A stretch of 59,823 nucleotides of DNA, the filler included. It is 4 parts of 4 records of this genome, joined end to end, with 100 filler letters (N's around TTAATTAATTAA, not from the genome) between each part and the next. Parts side by side here need not be neighbours in the genome. Positions count along the whole stretch, not along the records: positions 19,484 to 50,755 come from SRR2962707_574; positions 50,856 to 59,823 come from SRR2962707_577; 2 more parts are not named here. One strand, given 5' to 3'. The notes under the pieces are model-generated. The model saw nothing but the letters and a program-made list of their open reading frames with translations, did no database searches and was not told the origin of the DNA. The first letter of the stretch is position 1. Each line of letters starts with the position of its first letter. Of the stretch, positions 49,129 to 59,717 are shown one piece after another. The translations under genes were made by a program, and so were the position numbers.

Positions 49129-50088
49129 CTATCTCCGTATTGTTTCGGCATTCTCCAGGAACCAATCGTAGGTTTCTCGCAGACCCTGATCCAAATCGAT
49201 CTGTGCTGTCCAGCCCATGTTCGCCAACCGCGAGACGTCCATCAGCTTGCGTGGCGTGCCGTCCGGCTTGCCTGGATCAGTCACGATACGGCCCTGGTAG
49301 CCGGTGATCGCGGCAACCTTCTCGGCCAGTTCCAGAATGGAAATATCGGCACCTGAACCGACGTTGATATGGCTCAGCATCGGCTGCGTGTTGGCCTCGT
49401 AGTCCGCCTTTGGCAGATCGAGCACGAACAGCGAAGCCGCGGCCATATCGTCCACATGCAGGAACTCACGCCGGGGCGTGCCAGTGCCCCAGATCACCAC
49501 CTCATCGCGCCCAGCCTGTGCGGCTTCATGGAAGCGCCGGATCAGAGCCGGGAGCACGTGGCTGTTCTCGGGGTGAAAATTATCGCCGGGCCCATAGAGA
49601 TTTGTCGGCATCACACTCCGGTAGTCCACGCCATGCTGGCGGTTGTAGCTCTCGCAGAGCTTGATCCCGGCGATCTTGGCGATGGCATAGGGCTCGTTGG
49701 TGGGTTCGAGGACGCCAGTCAGCAGCGCATCTTCCCGCATCGGCTGCGGCACGGCGCGCGGGTAAATGCAGGACGATCCAAGCTGCAACAACCGTGTCAC
49801 GCCCGCTTCGAACGCCTGATGGATGACATTGGCCTCGATCATCAGGTTCTCGTAGATGAAATCGGCGGGGTAGGTGTTGTTGGCCTGAATGCCGCCGACC
49901 TTGGCTGCGGCGAGGATCACCACATCAGGGCGTTCGGCTTGCATGAAGGCGCGCACGGCAGCCTGGTCGGTCAGGTTCAGTTCCGCATGGGTGCGAGTGA
50001 CGATATTCGTCTCGCCGCGCGCCTCGAGTTGCCGCAGGATTGTCCCGCCGACCATGCCGCGGTGACCTGCGATGTAGATCTTGCTCAT
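49129..50088 (-). CDS. fcl: GDP-L-fucose synthase
   Basis: [36 protein letters not shown]. Confidence 0.96.
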   Translation of the reverse strand: MSKIYIAGHRGMVGGTILRQLEARGETNIVTRTHAELNLTDQAAVRAFMQAERPDVVILAAAKVGGIQANNTYPADFIYENLMIEANVIHQAFEAGVTRLLQLGSSCIYPRAVPQPMREDALLTGVLEPTNEPYAIAKIAGIKLCESYNRQHGVDYRSVMPTNLYGPGDNFHPENSHVLPALIRRFHEAAQAGRDEVVIWGTGTPRREFLHVDDMAAASLFVLDLPKADYEANTQPMLSHINVGSGADISILELAEKVAAITGYQGRIVTDPGKPDGTPRKLMDVSRLANMGWTAQIDLDQGLRETYDWFLENAETIRR

Positions 50089-50091
50089 CGA

Positions 50092-50755
50092 TCACCCCTC
50101 AACAGACATTGGTAGTTCCAACCCATGTTCTTTAAGCAGGCGACTGCGGCGAGCATTCTTCAAATCATGAGCCACCATCTCAGCACACATCTCCTGGACA
50201 GTTATTTCCGGCTCCCAGCCGAGTTTAGCCTTTGCCTTGGATGGGTCCCCGAGAAGAGTCTCGACCTCTGCAGGACGAAAATAGCGTGGATCGATACGCA
50301 TGATGACATCACCGACGGAAAGCGCCGGTGCATTCTCGCCCTCGATCGCCTCCACGATGGCGACCTCATCGAGACTGTTGCCTTCAAAACGCAATTTAAT
50401 GCCAAGCTCGGCAGCCGACCAGATGATGAACTGGCGCACGGAGTATTGTACCCCGGTGGCAATGACGAAATCCTCGGGCGCATCCTGTTGCAGCATCATC
50501 CACTGCATCCGAACGTAGTCCTTGGCATGACCCCAGTCGCGCAGGGCGTCGATATTGCCCATGTAAAGGCAGGGTTCCAACCCTTGCGCAATATTGGCAA
50601 GGCCACGTGTGATCTTACGGGTAACAAAGGTCTCACCACGCCGCGGGCTCTCATGATTGAAGAGGATGCCATTGCAGGCGTACATGCCATAGGCTTCACG
50701 GTAATTCACCGTGATCCAGTAGGCATACATCTTGGCCACCGCATAGGGGCTGCGC
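50092..50755 (-). CDS. gmd: GDP-mannose 4,6-dehydratase, 5'-truncated by the contig edge
   Basis: [43 protein letters not shown]. Confidence 0.96.
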
Positions 50756-50855
50756 NNNNNNNNNNNNNNNNNNNNNNNNNNNNNNNNNNNNNNNNNNNNT
50801 TAATTAATTAANNNNNNNNNNNNNNNNNNNNNNNNNNNNNNNNNNNNNNNNNNNN
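50756..50855. other. Artificial contig spacer
   Basis: 44 N + TTAATTAATTAA + 44 N. Confidence 0.98.
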
Positions 50856-50856
50856 A

Positions 50857-50988
50857 GGCCTTAGAATCTTCATGCCAGCGTTTGGTCTTATGGGAATCGA
50901 TTGGGCGTATGGATTCGACAGGGTGCCTGGATCACTTGAAAATGCAGGTCCACAGTTCCACTTCTCCATTGGCCAACAGATTCGCTAA
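50857..50988 (+). CDS. bamA: C-terminus of outer-membrane assembly factor BamA (not in the ORF track)
   Basis: GLRIFMPAFGLMGIDWAYGFD...QFHFSIGQQIR*, directly upstream of two skp genes. Confidence 0.85.
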   Translation, partial: GLRIFMPAFGLMGIDWAYGFDRVPGSLENAGPQFHFSIGQQIR

Positions 50989-51012
50989 TGAGAGTGTCTA
51001 AATAATAACGCT

Positions 51013-51546
51013 ATGAAAAAGATATCGCTACTGCTTTTTGGACTGTTTTTCACCACGATTACATTTGCGCAAAAATTTGGGTATGTAGATACCCAGTACA
51101 TTCTGGAGAAAATGCCTGAGTATAAAGATGCGCAGGCGGAGATTGAAAAGCTGGCGAAAGGATGGGAAAAGGAAATACAGGACCTCTACCAGCAAGTGGA
51201 GGCGATGGAGGTAGAGCTAAAAGCAGAAGAAGTGCTTTTGACCAAGGAAATGTGGGAGGAGCGGAACGCCGAGATCGAACGAAAATGGAAAGAAGTGAAA
51301 GAGTACCAACAATCCATTTTTGGTTTTGACGGCTTATACTTCCTGAAAAAGAAAGAGCTGGTGAAGCCTGTGCAGGACCAGGTTTTTGAGGCGGTGGAGA
51401 GAGTAGCTAAAAACAATCGACTGCAAATCGTATTTGACAAGTCGGGTGATCTCGTCATGATTTATACAGATCCTATCCATGATTACACCGATTTTGTGCT
51501 CGAAGATCTTGGATTGGTAGAAAATCAGAGTGTAGAAAGTAATTAA
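51013..51546 (+). CDS. skp: OmpH/Skp chaperone
   Basis: Signal peptide, QKFGYVDTQYIL, coiled coil, IVFDK. Confidence 0.9.
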   Translation: MKKISLLLFGLFFTTITFAQKFGYVDTQYILEKMPEYKDAQAEIEKLAKGWEKEIQDLYQQVEAMEVELKAEEVLLTKEMWEERNAEIERKWKEVKEYQQSIFGFDGLYFLKKKELVKPVQDQVFEAVERVAKNNRLQIVFDKSGDLVMIYTDPIHDYTDFVLEDLGLVENQSVESN

Positions 51547-51614
51547 GCATAATAATTGAACCTAAACAACCATAAGGGCTAGAGCCCAAACCATAAACGA
51601 AAAGTTAATTTGAT

Positions 51615-52145
51615 ATGAAAGCTAGAATTTTACTAAGTACTGCCCTTGCTGTAATCGGTTTTGGAGTAATGGCGCAGTTAAAAATAGGCTACACAAATGT
51701 AGAGTACGTTTTGAGCCTAATGCCGGAAGCAAAACAAATCGAAAGCGAGCTATCTGCTTATGACAAACAACTATCTGCTCAGATAGAAGCAAAGTACGCT
51801 GACTATCAGGCTAAAGTTGCTGATTACCAGCAAAATGCTGCAGGCTATACTGATGTTGTGAGAGCCGACAAGGAGAATGAGATTGTAAATCTTCAGACTT
51901 CAATCCAGGAGTTCGAGCAAAACGCTCAAAACTCCATGATCAACAAAAGAAATCAGCTATTGCAGCCTGCTTTCGAAAAAATCGGAACAGCGATTGAGCA
52001 GGTATCGAAAGAAAACGGATACACGCATGTTTTCAACATGACTGCAAGTGGACAAAGTATCCTTCTATACGCTCGGGAAGAAGATAACGTGACCAACCTT
52101 GTATTGAAGAAGTTGGGCATAGATCCGCCTGCTGGCAAAAAATAA
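51615..52145 (+). CDS. skp: OmpH/Skp chaperone, second paralog
   Basis: LKIGYTNVEYVLSLMPE, AIEQVSKENGYTHVF. Confidence 0.9.
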   Translation: MKARILLSTALAVIGFGVMAQLKIGYTNVEYVLSLMPEAKQIESELSAYDKQLSAQIEAKYADYQAKVADYQQNAAGYTDVVRADKENEIVNLQTSIQEFEQNAQNSMINKRNQLLQPAFEKIGTAIEQVSKENGYTHVFNMTASGQSILLYAREEDNVTNLVLKKLGIDPPAGKK

Positions 52146-52164
52146 GATCAGAGGATTTTTTATG

Positions 52165-52197
52165 AAGCCCTGTAGGAATCTCCTGCAGGGTTTTTTT
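52165..52197. terminator. Intrinsic terminator between convergent genes
   Basis: AAGCCCTGTAGGA-ATC-TCCTGCAGGGTTTTTTT. Confidence 0.85.
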
Positions 52198-53377
52198 ATG
52201 CGATCACAATTCCAAAAATCAACCCTCCCAGAATAATCAAGGGAGTAGGAACTTTTGTAAAGTGCATCATTCCAACCGTTCCGAACAGTAGAATAAAATT
52301 GATTACCTTTTGTTCCATCGGCATAAACAAGAGAAAGGCTGCAGCTATCACCATTCCGGCACTCACCGCCGTGATCCCCTCCAGCGAAGCTTTAACTATC
52401 CGGTATTTCTTCAGCTGCTCCCAAAAGCGGATGATAAAGAATATCAAAAAAGTGCCCGGCAAAAATATTCCTGCAGCTGCCATCCCTGCTCCGAACAATT
52501 GACCACCGATTCCCAAATCCCGTGCACTTAGAGCACCTACATATGCACTGAAAGAAAATACAGGTCCGGGAATGGCCTGAACAAACCCATAGCCCGATAC
52601 AAATTCCTGAGAGGTGAGGTATTCTTTAAACTCCACAAACTCCGTATACAGGAGCGGAACCAGCACCTGGCCTCCACCGAAAATCAGACTTCCGTTACGA
52701 TAAAAATTCTCAAACAGCTTGATGGGCTGATACTGGGTCACACCCCCCAATACCGCGGCGAAAATCAGAACAGAAATCCATAAAATCAGGTTGGCCCACT
52801 TAATATTAATTCGTTCCTTTTCCTCTATTGGCTGACGCTTGTATTTCCATGTGGTGGCCAGCCCTCCAAAGATGATCAGAGCAGGAAAGGCATACGGTGA
52901 CTTGAATACAAAAGAGGCAAAGGCGGACAAGATCATCAGCCCGACACCAATTTTTGTGTTCACCACTTTAATAGCAATACGATAAGATGAATACGCCACA
53001 ATACCTACGGCAATCGGTTCGATGAACCGTAAAAAATCCAGGGAAATATTCATCTCCTCCGCTGTAACCATAAAAATGGCCAGAGAGGTCATGATACAAA
53101 AAGCAGGAAACATCCAGACCAGCAATGTCAGATAGGCCAGATTAGGGCCGCCGATTTTATAGCCCAGGGCAGTAATGGTTTGGGTAGATGTCGGGCCGGG
53201 CAAAATCTGACAAAGGGCATACAACTCGATGAGGTCCTCCTCTGTGAGATAGGCTCGCTTGGCCACCAGCAGATCTAAAAACATTCCGAAGTGACCCTGA
53301 GGCCCCCCGAATGCCGTAAGGGACAACACTGAAACGTCTTTCAGGAAAATGATATTTCTGACACGCTTAATTGACAT
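52196..53377 (-). CDS. chrA: Chromate efflux transporter
   Basis: Duplicated AFGGP...QILPGP / IFGGG...QAIPGP domains. Confidence 0.92.
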   Translation of the reverse strand: MSIKRVRNIIFLKDVSVLSLTAFGGPQGHFGMFLDLLVAKRAYLTEEDLIELYALCQILPGPTSTQTITALGYKIGGPNLAYLTLLVWMFPAFCIMTSLAIFMVTAEEMNISLDFLRFIEPIAVGIVAYSSYRIAIKVVNTKIGVGLMILSAFASFVFKSPYAFPALIIFGGLATTWKYKRQPIEEKERINIKWANLILWISVLIFAAVLGGVTQYQPIKLFENFYRNGSLIFGGGQVLVPLLYTEFVEFKEYLTSQEFVSGYGFVQAIPGPVFSFSAYVGALSARDLGIGGQLFGAGMAAAGIFLPGTFLIFFIIRFWEQLKKYRIVKASLEGITAVSAGMVIAAAFLLFMPMEQKVINFILLFGTVGMMHFTKVPTPLIILGGLIFGIVIA

Positions 53378-53380
53378 GAC

Positions 53381-54343
53381 CTATGCCTTCAAACCGATTT
53401 CTCTTAAACGTTCATCCAAAAACTCGCCAGCCGAAATATCCTCAAACGCTTTGGGATGCTCGTCATCGATACAGTTTTCAAGGCACGACAGATCCATCTC
53501 AGAGACAGGATGCATAAAAAAGGGTATGGAAAATCTTGAGGTGTGCATCAGCTCCCTTGGTGGGTTCACTACGCGGTGGATGGTAGACTTCAACCTTCCA
53601 TTGGTATGCCGCTCCAGCATATCGCCTACATTCACCACAATCTGCTCCGGAAGTGCCGTGATGGGGATCCACTTTCCATCTCGTCTTAACACCTGCAAAC
53701 CATCTGCGCTGGCACCCATCAACAAGGTGATCAGGTTGATGTCTCCATGTTCCGCTGCTCGCACAGCATCCGGCGGAAGAGAATCCGGATCTTCGATAGG
53801 GAAATAATGAATAGGCCGTAAAATGCTGTTCCCTTCCTTCACTTTCTCATCAAAGTAGTTTTCCGGAAGGTCAAGGTATAGTGCAATGGCTCTGAGCATA
53901 TGAGTGCCGGCCTGCAGCAATGTCAGATAGGCTTCTGTCGTATATTTTTCTAATTCCGGCACCTCTTTCGGCCAGATATTATCCGGGTAATCCGGACGTT
54001 GATTTTTTGGCGGCTGCCCCACATGATAAAATTCCTTCAGGTCTCCCGTGTTTCTCCCCTTCGCCTTTTCTCTGCCCTTGCTGATATACCCACGCTGGCC
54101 AGCCAGCTCGGTCTTCTCATATTGTTTTTTTACATCATCCGGAAGCCGAAAAAAGCGCTCCACAGAATCATATAAATTGGTTGTGAGCTCATCAGAAAGA
54201 CCATGGTTTTTGATGGAAACAAATCCAATGTTGGTGTAAGCTTCGCCCAGCTTTGCTACAAACGCTTGTTTTTGCTCGGGCGTGCCGTCCTTAAAATCAG
54301 CTAAATCAAGTGAGGGTATTTCATCAAATAAAATTTCCGCCAT
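53381..54343 (-). CDS. 2OG-Fe(II) oxygenase, isopenicillin N synthase family
   Basis: GFVSIKNHG, HGD, GDML...TNG...STIHRV, RFSIPFF. Confidence 0.92.
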   Translation of the reverse strand: MAEILFDEIPSLDLADFKDGTPEQKQAFVAKLGEAYTNIGFVSIKNHGLSDELTTNLYDSVERFFRLPDDVKKQYEKTELAGQRGYISKGREKAKGRNTGDLKEFYHVGQPPKNQRPDYPDNIWPKEVPELEKYTTEAYLTLLQAGTHMLRAIALYLDLPENYFDEKVKEGNSILRPIHYFPIEDPDSLPPDAVRAAEHGDINLITLLMGASADGLQVLRRDGKWIPITALPEQIVVNVGDMLERHTNGRLKSTIHRVVNPPRELMHTSRFSIPFFMHPVSEMDLSCLENCIDDEHPKAFEDISAGEFLDERLREIGLKA

Positions 54344-54399
54344 GTCTTAGGTTAATTAGGACTTACAATTTATTAAATCAGAATAAAACCTGCATGAAA

Positions 54400-55077
54400 T
54401 CAATTCAAAATACTTCGCAACACTTCCAGTGACCTGGGCTTATGGATGTGTGCGTGATGCTCATAATAATTAAGAATTTCATCCAATACCTCATTTCTCG
54501 ACTCCCTGGACATCCCAAGTGCAACGCCGTACGGCTCATTCATCAGTGCCTCCATCCGCTTGTGCACCTCTGACGAGGGGGCCAGGCGATCAGTCGAGCT
54601 GAAAAGATTATCAATTTCATCGATGGCGTAACCCAGGTGCGGTCCTATCTTCAAAAGAAACTGCAAGTGAAAATTTGCCACGCCCGACTCCAAAGCATCC
54701 AACACCTTGATTGATTCTTCAGCAAAAGAAAAGAGGTGAGGGTTGGGTGATTGTTCGGACTGAAGCAATTTCGAAAACACCTCTGTCAAAAAAAGTGTAA
54801 TGGAGCTTTTGATCGGGTCGTGATGGAGGTGATGAAGCGGATAATGGCTTTTGAATTCTGAGATCCGCTGAAGATCGCGTGTCTCTTTCACATAGAGGAC
54901 CAGGTCCAGAATGGAGAATGGCTGGAAGTGACCAATGCTTTTCTTTGTCTTTTGGCTCCTGATCGAGTTGACAATGTAAGAACCGTATCCGCTTTCTTCA
55001 GTGAAAATTCGTGCAATGATAGAGCTATCCCCGTATTTGATATAGCCTAGAACAATCCCTTTTGACTTGATGATCAT
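54400..55077 (-). CDS. recO: DNA repair protein RecO
   Basis: [47 protein letters not shown]. Confidence 0.88.
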   Translation of the reverse strand: MIIKSKGIVLGYIKYGDSSIIARIFTEESGYGSYIVNSIRSQKTKKSIGHFQPFSILDLVLYVKETRDLQRISEFKSHYPLHHLHHDPIKSSITLFLTEVFSKLLQSEQSPNPHLFSFAEESIKVLDALESGVANFHLQFLLKIGPHLGYAIDEIDNLFSSTDRLAPSSEVHKRMEALMNEPYGVALGMSRESRNEVLDEILNYYEHHAHIHKPRSLEVLRSILN

Positions 55078-57245
55078 CAGCGTACCACGGCTATTTTCCC
55101 CACATATGTCTCCTCTCCGTCTGAGGTAGCACTGAAAAACAGGTAGATGCCTGTTGCGACCTTCCCTCCACGGATATCCATCAAATTCCATGAAGCTGAG
55201 CCCCCGTTTGCATTCAGCTCCTGCACCAGGTTTCCATTGATATCCGTGATTTTGACGTTGGCATTCCGCGCCAGTCCCGTAAGCCCTACCAATCCCTGGT
55301 AGTCGGGACGTACAGGATTGGGGAAAATATTCACATTGCGATGACGTGCTGACCCCCGGGAAGAGGCACTCCGATATGAGACCATCCCCTGATCGGTATA
55401 GATAAAGACCTCTCCATTGGTCCCATTGTACGCCAGCTGGATGATCCGATCAGATGGCAATGGACTATTCCCTTCATTAAAAACCGCCACCTGCTCGGAG
55501 GTATTTTCATCGTACACCCAAAGACCACTGTTGGTGCCAAACCAGATCCGATTGCCTCCGTCGGTCATCACCGCATTGATTGCCTCCCCCTCAAATAAAA
55601 TCCGGTTTTCAAATGATGGGAGAATCGCTTCCGTATCAGAAAAAACAAAAGAAGCACTGGGGTAAAAGGCCGGTCCCTGTGACGTGGCAATCCATGCATT
55701 GTCCTCTACCGTGATGTCAATATCAATAAAGGAGGATGGAAGCCCGTCGCTGGTGGTAAGCAGATCGGAAGTTCCTTCATTCGGCTCAAAAACCGTGATC
55801 GACCCGGAAGAAGATCCCAGCCATGACACACCTGTTTCAGACAGGTCGACGGTTAGAAACTCATCATCGAACAGCAGTGTACTTGCATATGAAGACCAAT
55901 TACTCTCTCCATCCAGCGTATGCATGGGGTTGCTATTGCCAAAGCTCGAAACCCACAAACGATCACCAGCTGCCAGCGAGGTGATTACCGTATCCGGTTC
56001 CGCAGAGCTACCGGGAATATCAGCGATCATTTCCGCTGCGGTTTCATCATAGAGACCATCCCCGATGGAGGAATAGTAATAGTTGCCATTATATCGGGCT
56101 ACATCCGAAACATTAGTGAAGCCACCGATCGACCGGGGCACCCACTGCCCGTCAGAAAAAACAGAGAATTCCGCCTGCTGCTCTGAGCCATCATAGGAAA
56201 ATACCGATGGGGCATGAAAACCAAACGCCTCATTGGCAAGCACTCTGACATTGGAGAAGCTATCTGACACTGGCCCATCCGGAGAAAAGGAATCCCCCGA
56301 GGTATCTACCAACCCCTGCTCACCATCAGCCAAAAAGAACGTTCCGTTGATTTGAGCCAGCTCATTAACCATCGTAGCGGCGGTCGAGAGCTGCATTTCA
56401 AATGTGCTGCCAGCATATCGATATATCGTGCCGCCAGCATCGGAGGTCCATAGATCGTCATTATTGGAGAAAAGGCTATTTGCCCCTGCAGGGAGATCCG
56501 CCCCTGTATCAGTCCATGAGCCGGAAAGCTGAAGAAGATTGGTACCCGAGGTAGCAAATAAATCATCACCGACCTTCGTCAGGTTAGCATATCCGGCACT
56601 GCCGGCATATCGGTTCCAGTTGCTGAAGTCCAACAGGTTTTGGGAGAGGCTGCCCGATTGTATGCCCTCCGTTGTTCGGATGAACAGGGAGTCATTTCGG
56701 GTATATATCTGCTGCACCTCCACTTCATTTCCTCCGGAACCAATATTTACAAAATTTTCCTGGACGGTCGCATCCGAGGTGCTTACTACAATTACTCCCA
56801 GGTCTGTGGCAAGAAAGGTTTGCCCACCTTCAAAAGCGATATCATTGATGGTTTTGTCTACATCCAGTGTGCTGTTGGCCAGGTCATCGATGGACAGAAG
56901 CTGATCTTCGAAAACAAAATCCACAAACCCCGATCGGTAGCCTATCACCAACACGTTAGCACTTTCATTGTAAGCCAATGCCGACACTCCCACATCCGAG
57001 AGTCCATCGATCTTGGAGAGCTTCCGGGTTTCTCCACTTGCAAGATCCCTGGAAAACAGCCCGTTTTCAGCAGCGCAGAATAGCTTATCCGGGGTGACGG
57101 CAAGGTGTTGCGCATTCATATAGCTAAAATGCGTCCGCCAGGTGCCCACCGCGATATCCTGCGCTGAAACACACCAACCCAAAAAAAGCATCAGGCTACT
57201 TAGTGCCCATCGCCTCAAAGAAGCATGATCTGCAAAGCGCTTCAT
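55077..57245 (-). CDS. porZ: Type IX secretion component PorZ (beta-propellers + T9SS CTD)
   Basis: [41 protein letters not shown]...TGIYL...GKIAVVR. Adjacent to recO. Confidence 0.85.
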   Translation of the reverse strand: MKRFADHASLRRWALSSLMLFLGWCVSAQDIAVGTWRTHFSYMNAQHLAVTPDKLFCAAENGLFSRDLASGETRKLSKIDGLSDVGVSALAYNESANVLVIGYRSGFVDFVFEDQLLSIDDLANSTLDVDKTINDIAFEGGQTFLATDLGVIVVSTSDATVQENFVNIGSGGNEVEVQQIYTRNDSLFIRTTEGIQSGSLSQNLLDFSNWNRYAGSAGYANLTKVGDDLFATSGTNLLQLSGSWTDTGADLPAGANSLFSNNDDLWTSDAGGTIYRYAGSTFEMQLSTAATMVNELAQINGTFFLADGEQGLVDTSGDSFSPDGPVSDSFSNVRVLANEAFGFHAPSVFSYDGSEQQAEFSVFSDGQWVPRSIGGFTNVSDVARYNGNYYYSSIGDGLYDETAAEMIADIPGSSAEPDTVITSLAAGDRLWVSSFGNSNPMHTLDGESNWSSYASTLLFDDEFLTVDLSETGVSWLGSSSGSITVFEPNEGTSDLLTTSDGLPSSFIDIDITVEDNAWIATSQGPAFYPSASFVFSDTEAILPSFENRILFEGEAINAVMTDGGNRIWFGTNSGLWVYDENTSEQVAVFNEGNSPLPSDRIIQLAYNGTNGEVFIYTDQGMVSYRSASSRGSARHRNVNIFPNPVRPDYQGLVGLTGLARNANVKITDINGNLVQELNANGGSASWNLMDIRGGKVATGIYLFFSATSDGEETYVGKIAVVR

Positions 57246-57783
57246 AAATATCCTTTTCTCCTAAAACTATCGTTTGTTTGGATTTAGTACGTCGGTGTGA
57301 GTAAGACGCCACATTCCCGCATTTCATGCAAACGGCATGTACCTTGGTGATGTACTCCGCGATCGCCATGAGCGCATCCATCGGTTTGAACGGCACCCCT
57401 TTAAAATCCATATCCAGTCCGGCCACAATCACCCGCTTCCCCTGGTTTGCAAGCTTATTCACCACATTCACGATCTCCTCATCAAAAAACTGGGCTTCAT
57501 CAATGCCCACCACTTCACAGCCTCCGGACCGAAGCAGGATGTCATTTGCAAAATTGACCGGCGTGGAAGGAATGGAAGAGTCTTTATGTGAGACGATTTT
57601 GGTTTTATCGTATCGCTTGTCCACTGCTGGCTTGAAAATCTCTACGTGCTGATTGGCCAGCATCGCCCGGTTCAGTCTCCGGATCAGCTCCTCGGTTTTT
57701 CCTGAAAACATCGACCCGCACACCACCTCGATCCAGCCTGCCCGACGTAACGTTCCTTTTCCGATATGTGGCTCTACAAACAT
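57196..57783 (-). CDS. tdk: Thymidine kinase
   Basis: [27 protein letters not shown], Zn motifs CMKC/CRSC. Confidence 0.96.
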   Translation of the reverse strand: MFVEPHIGKGTLRRAGWIEVVCGSMFSGKTEELIRRLNRAMLANQHVEIFKPAVDKRYDKTKIVSHKDSSIPSTPVNFANDILLRSGGCEVVGIDEAQFFDEEIVNVVNKLANQGKRVIVAGLDMDFKGVPFKPMDALMAIAEYITKVHAVCMKCGNVASYSHRRTKSKQTIVLGEKDIYEALCRSCFFEAMGTK

Positions 57784-58103
57784 TATTCAGTGTAAGTCAA
57801 ATGTGGCAGTTGTGTTTCCTTCGGCACCTTTATTTCAATGTCTCCCGACACCTGCACCTGGCAGGTGAGGCGCTCATCCTCTCGCAATTTATTCAATTTA
57901 GCATATTGCAGCTCAGGTCTCGTCCGGGGGGAAAGATGCTCCATTCCGGCTACAATTTTGGCCTTGCAGGTCGTACACCTTCCTTTGGCGCCACACGCAT
58001 GCATCCAATCGGTGGCAGTCAGCAAAATATCCAGCAAACTTTCCCTTTTATCATCACAATGAATAGATTTACTTTGTAGGTTAACGATTTTTACCGTGGG
58101 CAT
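57783..58103 (-). CDS. 2Fe-2S ferredoxin
   Basis: [12 protein letters not shown]...RLTCQ. Confidence 0.9.
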   Translation of the reverse strand: MPTVKIVNLQSKSIHCDDKRESLLDILLTATDWMHACGAKGRCTTCKAKIVAGMEHLSPRTRPELQYAKLNKLREDERLTCQVQVSGDIEIKVPKETQLPHLTYTE

Positions 58104-58121
58104 CCTTATCAACATTCAAGA

Positions 58122-59408
58122 ATGCAAAAGAAACTAAACGAAGACTTTATTGACGGCTATTGTGAGAAATTTGCATCCAAAGTGACTGCCGATTTTTTCA
58201 AGGACGGCCAGGACGTAATCACCGGGAAGGAAATACTCAAAGTCACCCCATCCAAGCAGGTCAATTTTTTTGTGATCAAGCTACTCTTCCGCTATTGGCA
58301 GGAGGAGACCAAGAAGCTGGAAAGCCCCTTCTTCAACTACAAGCATGAAGAGGTGCGTCAAGCGATGATCCAGTTCATGAACGTGCTTTCACAGCATATT
58401 GAGATCAACAAAGCAAAATTTGAGACGCTGCTCAACCACGCCGTAAAAGACACCATCTACCTGGCTGCCATGCCACAGGCGTATGTGGAGATCGACCTGG
58501 ATAGCCGGGGTGTGGAGAAGATCGCCGATAAATCCGTGGAGGGTACGGTGAAGTACCTGAAGATTCACAAGAAAGAGATTCAAAACTTCCTTTCGGATAT
58601 GAAAGGGCTGACCATCGACGATGTGATCGATGAGCTGCCGGAGGAGTTTGATGACTTTGACACCACAGAAGCCGTTGCTGAAGAATGCAAGCTGCTGTCA
58701 GAGGTACTCGAAATATCTGTTGAAAAAGTCTTTTCGGATGACCCTGCCATTGATGAAGATGAGTTCGACGAAGATGACCTGTTTGAGCCGGGCGAGGAAG
58801 ACCTGGTGATCGAACGCAAGGCCCCTAAGAAAACAGCTCCCGATACACAGGCGGAAAGTGAAGGAGTGGAGATCAGCACGGATGATGACGCCATGGAGGA
58901 GGAAGACATTGACGATGGCTCGGCAAGTAGGGAAGAACCGGTAAAAGAAGAAAAGGAGGAAGCAGAAGCTCCTGCTGACGAGGATGAAGAGCCGGAAGAC
59001 GAAGAACCGATAGAAGAAGAGCCGGAAGAGGAAGAAGAGCCAAAGAAAAAGGTACAGCCTCCTGTGATGCTGGAAGACGATGATAGGGAGGATGATTTTC
59101 CTGAGGAAACCATCAATAAGCAATTCGAGAAAGAGGAAGAAAGCCTGGCGGAGCACCACGAGAAGGCTCCAAAAGAAGGAGGCATCCTGGAGTTGATCTC
59201 CTTAAATCATCGATACATGTTTATCAAGGAGCTCTTCCGTAATGATAAGAACGAATTCGAAAATGCTCTCTACGAACTGGAGGAGTACGACTCCTTTGAT
59301 GAATCGGTCGAGTTCCTGGTGCAGGGCTATGCCAAGCACAATGAGTGGGACATGCAATCCGATGAGGTCAAAGAGTTTTTGAAGGTGTTGTTCAGGAGGT
59401 TTAGGTAA
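58122..59408 (+). CDS. Hypothetical protein with a long acidic linker
   Basis: 428 aa: helical N-domain, D/E/P-rich middle, compact C-domain ISLNHRYMFIKELF...FRRFR. Confidence 0.8.
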   Translation: MQKKLNEDFIDGYCEKFASKVTADFFKDGQDVITGKEILKVTPSKQVNFFVIKLLFRYWQEETKKLESPFFNYKHEEVRQAMIQFMNVLSQHIEINKAKFETLLNHAVKDTIYLAAMPQAYVEIDLDSRGVEKIADKSVEGTVKYLKIHKKEIQNFLSDMKGLTIDDVIDELPEEFDDFDTTEAVAEECKLLSEVLEISVEKVFSDDPAIDEDEFDEDDLFEPGEEDLVIERKAPKKTAPDTQAESEGVEISTDDDAMEEEDIDDGSASREEPVKEEKEEAEAPADEDEEPEDEEPIEEEPEEEEEPKKKVQPPVMLEDDDREDDFPEETINKQFEKEEESLAEHHEKAPKEGGILELISLNHRYMFIKELFRNDKNEFENALYELEEYDSFDESVEFLVQGYAKHNEWDMQSDEVKEFLKVLFRRFR

Positions 59409-59487
59409 TAAGCAAAGCTTCTCTTTGGCCTTTTTATTTAAATACTTCTGGCTGTGGGGACCAATACTTTTTGCTAAATAAATTTAA

Positions 59488-59717
59488 TCCCCTAATGCCG
59501 GGGAGGCACTCACTTTTTCCAGGCAAAAAGTAAGCAAAAGCCTTACTAAAATCAATCCAGCCAACCCACTGCCCTACACGTGATTTTAGCAGTTCGCTGC
59601 GATGCAGCGATAGTGGCAGGGACGCACCATCTGCATTTCTCCCCCCATCGCCGGCACGGCGAAACACTCCGCTCTCTTCTCAAGAGAGGGCGGTCCGACG
59701 TTTCGGTTGGGGGTGAG
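59488..59717. other. Multi-hairpin non-coding element (structured RNA or ssDNA repeat)
   Basis: At least eight stems found by eye, including a four-way junction at 59639-59717. No credible ORF. Confidence 0.6.

Noticed and set aside
57196-57245. 50-nt overlap of tdk and porZ
   Set aside because: The porZ start is uncertain (a later Met is possible), and short overlaps in operons are ordinary.
58580-59185. Ser-rich 201-aa minus-strand ORF
   Set aside because: Antisense reading of the GAA/GAG/GAT codons of the acidic protein.
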